A stretch of 50,535 nt of DNA from Candidatus Latescibacterota bacterium (GTDB lineage: Bacteria > Latescibacterota > MWCZ01): contig JAKPPK010000170.1 of assembly GCA_029547385.1 (NCBI GenBank), positions 1-50,535 of the forward strand. The letters are read 5' to 3'. Positions 45,716-50,535 of the stretch are shown in pieces. Below the pieces are notes generated by a model, which was given only the letters and a program-made list of their open reading frames with translations, ran no database searches and was not told the DNA's origin. The stretch's first letter is position 1; every line of letters begins with the position of its first letter. Position numbers and translations under genes: made by a program.

Positions 45716-46978
45716 ATGAGTGACCGTTTGGCGATTGATGGAGGCACGCCTGTTCGTACCGCACCTCTTCCGCCCTCGTGGTTGGGCGCATACGAGATGG
45801 GAGTGGAAGAAGAAGAAGCGGTGCTCAAAGTGCTGCGGGAAAAGAGGGTTTTTCGGTACATCGCGAAAGAGGAGTCGGAAACTGCGAGACTCGAAAAGGC
45901 CGTTGCCGAGTTCACGGGACGGGATTACGCCCTCGCCGTCAACAGCGGGACTGCGGCGCTGATCTGTGCTCTGGTCGGGCTTGATATCGGACCGGGCGAC
46001 GAGGTCATCGTGCCGGGTTATACGTATATCGCCACCGCCGCCGCAGTGGTTACGGTGGGAGCGGTTCCGGTGATCGCGGAAGTGGACAATTCTTTGACGC
46101 TGGATCCGGAGGATCTTGAGCGAAAGATTACCGGGCTTACCAAAGCTGTGATTCCTGTCCACATGCGCGGAACACCGTGTCGCATGGACGAGATCTGCGC
46201 GATTGCGAAGAAACATGGAATCAAAGTCATCGAAGACACGGCACAGGCGAACGGCGGCAAGTACAAGGGCAAAACTCTGGGCGGTATCGGGGACGTCGGG
46301 TGCTACAGCTATCAGATGTCGAAAACCATAACCGCAGGCGAAGGCGGCATGGTGGTTACCGGCGACCGTCTGGTGTTCGAGAGAATTCTCATGGCGCACG
46401 ATTCCGCTTTCGGGTTCTGGAAGCCGGAAGAGACGGCCATAAGGCCGATTCCTGGAGAAGGATTCCGCATCAGCGAAGTGAGCGGAGCGATCGCGCTGGT
46501 TCAAATGGGGAGGCTCCGAGGCATTGTCGAACGCCTGCACAACGCCAAGTACCGAATCGTGAACCAGATTCGCGGGCTTGCCGGGATTACTCTTCAGGAC
46601 GTGCCCGACGAATCGGGTGACGCGTCGGTCTGCCTGATGTTTTTTGCGCCGGATGCGGAAATCGCTAATACATACGCAAAGGCACTGAATGCGGAAGGGA
46701 TACCGTGCGGAACAATGTTCAGCAAGGAGATTCCGGACCGGCACATTTATCCAAACTGGACGTACGTTCTGGAAAAGCGCGGACGATCCTCCAACTGGAG
46801 TCCGTGGCATCCTTCCGTTTACAAGGGGAGCGTGGAGTACAGCAAGGATATGTGTCCCAAAACGCTGGACTATCTCGGGCGAACGATCCACATCGGTTTG
46901 AGTCCCAGACTCACCGCGGCGGACAGCGATGACATTGCCCGCGCAATCAGAAAGGTGGTGACCGCGCTCGCGCGGTGA
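45716..46978 (+). CDS. DegT/DnrJ/EryC1/StrS family sugar aminotransferase (PLP-dependent)
   Basis: ATG 45716 lies 5 nt after AGGGAGG. NSGTAAL, DEVIVPGYTYIATA and the PLP-lysine context SYQMSKTITAGEGG are present. Confidence 0.85.
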   Translation: MSDRLAIDGGTPVRTAPLPPSWLGAYEMGVEEEEAVLKVLREKRVFRYIAKEESETARLEKAVAEFTGRDYALAVNSGTAALICALVGLDIGPGDEVIVPGYTYIATAAAVVTVGAVPVIAEVDNSLTLDPEDLERKITGLTKAVIPVHMRGTPCRMDEICAIAKKHGIKVIEDTAQANGGKYKGKTLGGIGDVGCYSYQMSKTITAGEGGMVVTGDRLVFERILMAHDSAFGFWKPEETAIRPIPGEGFRISEVSGAIALVQMGRLRGIVERLHNAKYRIVNQIRGLAGITLQDVPDESGDASVCLMFFAPDAEIANTYAKALNAEGIPCGTMFSKEIPDRHIYPNWTYVLEKRGRSSNWSPWHPSVYKGSVEYSKDMCPKTLDYLGRTIHIGLSPRLTAADSDDIARAIRKVVTALAR

Positions 46979-46993
46979 TTACCGTGAAAGCGT

Positions 46994-47025
46994 GGCGGAG
47001 GCACATGCAGGAACGTGCCTCCGCC
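46994..47025. other. Perfect 11-bp GC-rich hairpin without U-tract
   Basis: GGCGGAGGCAC (46994-47004), a 10-nt loop, then GTGCCTCCGCC (47015-47025). It lies between the aminotransferase stop and the CydA-like gene start and is not followed by a T run on either strand. Confidence 0.6.
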
Positions 47026-47067
47026 GCGAAGCCGTTCCGGTCATGAACGAGGGAGGGGAGCTGGCTT

Positions 47068-48645
47068 ATGAATTACCCGTTCTGGGACGTCCCGCTGCTC
47101 GGCGGGGGACTCGTCATCGCATTGATCGCTATTCCCCACGTGTTCGTTTCGCATTTTGCCATTGGAGGCGGGATTTTTCTTGCCTGGACCGAGCGGATCG
47201 GAATTCGGAAGGGGAAACCCGAATACATTGCATTTGCGAAACGGAACACGCTGTTTTTCGTCCTGATGACACTGGTGTTCGGAGCAGTGACGGGTGTCGG
47301 CATCTGGTTTTCCATCGGTCTTGTCCACCCTGACGCCACCTCCGCGTTGATCCACAATTTCGTGTTCGGCTGGGCAATGGAGTGGGTGCTGTTCCTCGTG
47401 GAGATTGCCGCAGCACTGCTGTACTACTACGGCTGGGATCGCGTGGACCAGAAAACGCATCAGTTCATCGGCTGGGCGTACGCCGGGGCGGCGTGGGGCA
47501 GCCTCGTCGTTATCAATGGCATTCTGGCTTTCATGCTGACCCCGGGAAGATGGGTGGAAACGGGAGGCTTCTGGACAGGTTTCTTCAACCCGTCGTATTT
47601 CCCGAGCGTGCTCATCCGGACCTGCGTGTGCCTTGCTCTTGCCGGGTTGTATGCTCTCCTGATGGCGTCCAGAGAACCTGCCGGCGAGACTCATGACAAA
47701 CTCGTCCGATACGCCTCCACGTGGTTGCTTCCTGCGTTCATTGGCCTGCCGATATTCGCGGCGTGGTTTGTTTTTACGTTGCCTTCGCTCGCGCAGGACA
47801 TGTTCATGGGGCGTGCCGTGGTGCTCACGATTTTCGCGGCGTTGAGCCTGGGCATTTCGGCGATCATTTTCGCGTTCGCGTACCTGATTGCCTACCGAAA
47901 TCCGCAAAGCGTTTCCACGCCGGTTGCGCTTCTGTTTCTCGTGCTGGGCCTTGCGGTTACCGGTGTGACCGAGTTTGGGCGGGAAGCAGCGCGCAAGCCG
48001 TACATCATCTACGACTACATGTATTCAAACGCGGTGTTGAAACGGGACGTTGCCAGGCTTCAGCAGGAGGGCGTGCTGCGGAACGCGAAATGGGCGCTGG
48101 TGAGCAAGGCGACTCCTCAGAACGCGTTGATTGCTGGCCGGGAGATATTCACGCTCGCGTGCGCCCATTGCCACACCGTGGACGGGTACAACGGCGTGCG
48201 GCTGCTCGTGAAAGGCTGGCCGGAACCCTTCATCGAGCACCAGTTGACGTATCTGGACCAGCTCAAAGGGTTCATGCCTCCGTTTGTGGGGAATCCTGAG
48301 GAACGGCGGGCGCTGGCGAAGTGGCTCGCTTCGCTGAACCCAAGCGCTCTGCCGGCGCGAACCGCCGCCGCAGCAACGGACAGCCTGAGTGCGGATCCTC
48401 TGGCCCGCGGCGAAGCGGCGTACTCGGTTCACTGCGCCAATTGCCATACGATTGACGGGCGCAACGCCATCCGCCAGCATGTGAAAGGGTGGACCCAGTC
48501 CATTGCGTACGAACGGCTGGGCAGGCTGGAGAGTCTGCGCGGGTACATGCCACCTTACGAAGGACCGGAAGCAGAACGGCAGGCTCTTGCAGCGTGGCTT
48601 GCCTCAATCGGAAACGACGCTCCTGCGGCGGGAGGTGCGCGATGA
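47068..48645 (+). CDS. Cytochrome bd subunit I (CydA)-like membrane protein fused to two c-type haem-binding modules
   Basis: RBS GGGAGGGGAG upstream. CydA-like motifs are SHFAIGGG, WAMEW..LVEIAAALLYYYGWDRV and TEFGREAARKPY. There are about 8 hydrophobic segments and no long Q-loop. The C-terminal 170 aa carry CAHCH and CANCH, each followed by G(F/Y)MPP(F/Y). Confidence 0.75.
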   Translation: MNYPFWDVPLLGGGLVIALIAIPHVFVSHFAIGGGIFLAWTERIGIRKGKPEYIAFAKRNTLFFVLMTLVFGAVTGVGIWFSIGLVHPDATSALIHNFVFGWAMEWVLFLVEIAAALLYYYGWDRVDQKTHQFIGWAYAGAAWGSLVVINGILAFMLTPGRWVETGGFWTGFFNPSYFPSVLIRTCVCLALAGLYALLMASREPAGETHDKLVRYASTWLLPAFIGLPIFAAWFVFTLPSLAQDMFMGRAVVLTIFAALSLGISAIIFAFAYLIAYRNPQSVSTPVALLFLVLGLAVTGVTEFGREAARKPYIIYDYMYSNAVLKRDVARLQQEGVLRNAKWALVSKATPQNALIAGREIFTLACAHCHTVDGYNGVRLLVKGWPEPFIEHQLTYLDQLKGFMPPFVGNPEERRALAKWLASLNPSALPARTAAAATDSLSADPLARGEAAYSVHCANCHTIDGRNAIRQHVKGWTQSIAYERLGRLESLRGYMPPYEGPEAERQALAAWLASIGNDAPAAGGAR

Positions 48646-49754
48646 ACGAAGCGATCATCCCTTCAATCGATCCCATTGCTCTGCCGGCACCGGTGTGGTT
48701 GATGCAGTTCCTCAGCGGGCTGACTTTCATTTTTCACGTCATCCCCATGAACGTCGTGCTGGGAGGCGGCGTGGTGGCGCTGTTCCTGGCGGTTTGGGGA
48801 AAGCGCGGGTCTCGAAAGAACCACGTTCGGCTCGCCAGACGAATGACGTCGGTCCTCCCTGCGGCCATCGCAATGACGATAACTCTGGGCGTGCCGCCTC
48901 TGCTTTTCCTTCAGGCGATGTACGGCCCGCTGTTTTACACATCGTCGGTTCTCATGGCGTGGCCCTGGCTCAGTGTGATTGCGATTCTGCTTGTCGGGTA
49001 CTACGGGCATTACTACTTCTCGCTTTCGAACGATTTCGCAAATCCGCGGGCGCTGGTCGTCGGCGCGGTCGCCGTCGTGGCGTTTCTGGTGATTGCGTTT
49101 CTGTATGTGAGCAATATGACATTGATGGTTATGCCCGAGCGTTTCCTGGGGATCCAACGTTCGTGGACGAGCGGTTTTCTCCCGTTCACGGGCGATTCGA
49201 TTTTCGCGCCGCGTTTTCTCCACTTCATTACCGGCGCGGTTTCGGTCGGTGGTCTTCTTGCGGTGTTTGTCGGATTGCTGGAACGGTCGGATGCTGAATT
49301 CAAAGCGGTCGCGGTACGGGCGGGCGGGTTCACGTTTGTCGGCGCCACGATTGTTCAGATCGCGACAGGCATCTGGTTCCTGATTGCGCTCCGCCCGCGC
49401 GTGATGATGCTGTTCATGGGACAGGACCACGTGGCCACAGCCCTCTTCGGTGTTGCCGTCCTGCTCGCGCTTGTGGCGGTTGCCCTGATTCTGGTTGCCG
49501 TTATTGGCAAAAAACGACCGTGGATGACGATCGCTGGAACAGCGTGCATCGGCCTGACGATCATTATCATGACGGTGATGCGCTCCATCGTTCGCGAGGC
49601 GTACGTTGGCACGCGCTTCGTCGTGGCCGAACAACCCGTGAACCCGGCATGGGATGTGGTGGTTCTTTTTCTTGTGCTGCTGGTTGCCGGAACCGCGCTT
49701 GTGGGCTGGATGATTCACGCGGTGGTTACGCGAAGAGGTCTCGCGGCGTCCTGA
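48642..49754 (+). CDS. Polytopic membrane protein, distant CydA-like paralogue (partner subunit)
   Basis: ATGA overlap with the upstream stop; GGGAGG lies 6 nt upstream. There are about 9 hydrophobic segments. FHVIPMNVVLGGG and PRFLHFITGAVSVGG echo CydA N-terminal and His186-region motifs. The longer ORF from 48489 is an out-of-frame overlap. Confidence 0.55.
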   Translation: MNEAIIPSIDPIALPAPVWLMQFLSGLTFIFHVIPMNVVLGGGVVALFLAVWGKRGSRKNHVRLARRMTSVLPAAIAMTITLGVPPLLFLQAMYGPLFYTSSVLMAWPWLSVIAILLVGYYGHYYFSLSNDFANPRALVVGAVAVVAFLVIAFLYVSNMTLMVMPERFLGIQRSWTSGFLPFTGDSIFAPRFLHFITGAVSVGGLLAVFVGLLERSDAEFKAVAVRAGGFTFVGATIVQIATGIWFLIALRPRVMMLFMGQDHVATALFGVAVLLALVAVALILVAVIGKKRPWMTIAGTACIGLTIIIMTVMRSIVREAYVGTRFVVAEQPVNPAWDVVVLFLVLLVAGTALVGWMIHAVVTRRGLAAS

Positions 49755-49777
49755 CGAACTTCTATTCTGCGGAAAAG

Positions 49778-49815
49778 GAAGGCGAACACGGAGGTCGTGT
49801 TCGCCTTCTCGTTTT
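49778..49815. terminator. Bidirectional rho-independent terminator
   Basis: Perfect 12-bp stem GAAGGCGAACAC / GTGTTCGCCTTC with a 7-nt loop. It is followed by TCGTTTTG on the plus strand and CTTTTCC on the minus strand. It sits between convergent genes. Confidence 0.7.
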
Positions 49816-49830
49816 GTGGCGATTGCTCGA

Positions 49831-50535
49831 TCAAACCGGGCACATGGTACTGAATGTTTCACGTGCCTCGGTGAGGGTGGTCGCTTTGATCGTGAAACGT
49901 GGCGCCAACGTCCGCAGGAACGCCAGGGTATCGCGCAGGGTCTGACTCTGCGGGATGGACGCGTCATCATACGCGAAGGTGTTGTGCGTGATGAAACACA
50001 GCGATTTGAACGCGACGCGGTTGGTTTCCATGTCGGCGAGGACCGCCTCGATGATCGGCTGCTGCCAGTCTTTCAATGGCCCCCATTCGATGCGCAGTTC
50101 GTGCGCAAGGCCGTCGGGACTGCGCTCCGTCGGATGAGTGCTCATGGGCACTTCGAAAAAGGGAAGATCGCCCGGAACAAGGCGGTTCGAGCGGTGCGCC
50201 CAATGCGCATATCGGTATGCTGTTTCCCACCGGGCCGCGTATTTGGGAACCTCCCGCCCGGGACAGGAGACTGAGCCCGCAAGAAACCTCAACTCCGACA
50301 GAACCCGGAAAGTGTCATCGGTTGCAGAGTCATTGCCCGCACGAAACGAACGGGGCGCCCATCCGATAGCATCAGCGAACACGGTCATCGCTTCGCTGAT
50401 GATTTTCCTCTGCATATCGGCGTCGTACTCGCCGAGGTATCTGCCGTATTTGTGGTCCCCGAAACTCTGGGGATGCACGTGGAGACCCAGTTCGACCCCC
50501 TCCTCCGCGTAGTCCCGGAACATCGCGGCGTGGCG
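49831..50535 (-). CDS. Polysaccharide deacetylase / glycoside hydrolase-deacetylase superfamily-like protein, 5'-truncated by window edge
   Basis: The frame stays open from ATG 50523 to the window end. LGLHVHPQ and RSFRAGN segments resemble the His and Arg motifs of deacetylase-type (beta/alpha)7 barrels. This is a weak call. Confidence 0.45.
   Translation of the reverse strand, partial: RHAAMFRDYAEEGVELGLHVHPQSFGDHKYGRYLGEYDADMQRKIISEAMTVFADAIGWAPRSFRAGNDSATDDTFRVLSELRFLAGSVSCPGREVPKYAARWETAYRYAHWAHRSNRLVPGDLPFFEVPMSTHPTERSPDGLAHELRIEWGPLKDWQQPIIEAVLADMETNRVAFKSLCFITHNTFAYDDASIPQSQTLRDTLAFLRTLAPRFTIKATTLTEARETFSTMCPV

Noticed and set aside
45275-46891. A 538-aa minus-strand ORF antisense to the DegT aminotransferase. 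Similar long antisense ORFs occur at 37633-39111, 48663-49970, 6099-7043, 33366-34295 and 19846-20763.
   Set aside because: All overlap strongly supported genes on the other strand. All are Arg/Pro/Gly/His-rich and lack RBS support and motifs. I treat them as GC-driven stop-codon-free frames, not genes.
1-50535. A search of the whole window for CRISPR repeats, IS or transposase genes, integrases, phage genes, toxin-antitoxin pairs, reverse transcriptases and long direct or inverted repeats.
   Set aside because: Nothing of this kind was recognised by eye. Every ORF longer than about 120 aa that is not a shadow ORF has a housekeeping, envelope, regulatory or carbohydrate-type assignment. A computational repeat search could still reveal short dispersed repeats that I cannot see.

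Overview
This is a visibly GC-rich bacterial chromosomal segment with about 44 protein-coding genes. I recognised no rRNA, tRNA, CRISPR array, transposase, integrase or phage gene. Many genes are joined by ATGA/GTGA overlaps, which implies operons. Content is mostly housekeeping and envelope functions:
- Core functions: dnaA, lysS, rsmI, pyrK, pyrF, recD2-like helicase.
- Envelope and proteolysis: LolC/E-LolD, a BamD-like TPR lipoprotein, an M16 peptidase pair, mcsA-mcsB-clpC.
- Scattered carbohydrate genes: nagB, Gfo/Idh/MocA, a GH38-like protein, a PL22-like propeller, two URO-D-like paralogues, deacetylase-like proteins, a sugar-nucleotide modification cluster.

Lol and BamD-like genes point to a diderm, probably non-proteobacterial lineage (inference).

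Main items for follow-up:
1. 47068-49754 is the best candidate for an undescribed system. It is a translationally coupled gene pair. The first gene encodes an 8-TM CydA-like protein fused to two periplasmic CxxCH haem modules. The second encodes another CydA-like paralogue where CydB would be expected.
2. A Firmicute-style phospho-arginine module (mcsA-mcsB-clpC) has no ctsR and is fused into a Lol operon.
3. dnaA has a low-GC upstream region (candidate oriC) and no dnaN downstream.
4. A XylR/DmpR-type V4R sensor domain sits on a histidine kinase, next to a sigma54 activator and a lone receiver.
5. There is an unassigned ~520-nt region upstream of lysS.

All functional calls come from motif recognition by eye and need HMM/BLAST confirmation. 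The many long antisense ORFs in the track are treated as GC-driven shadow ORFs.
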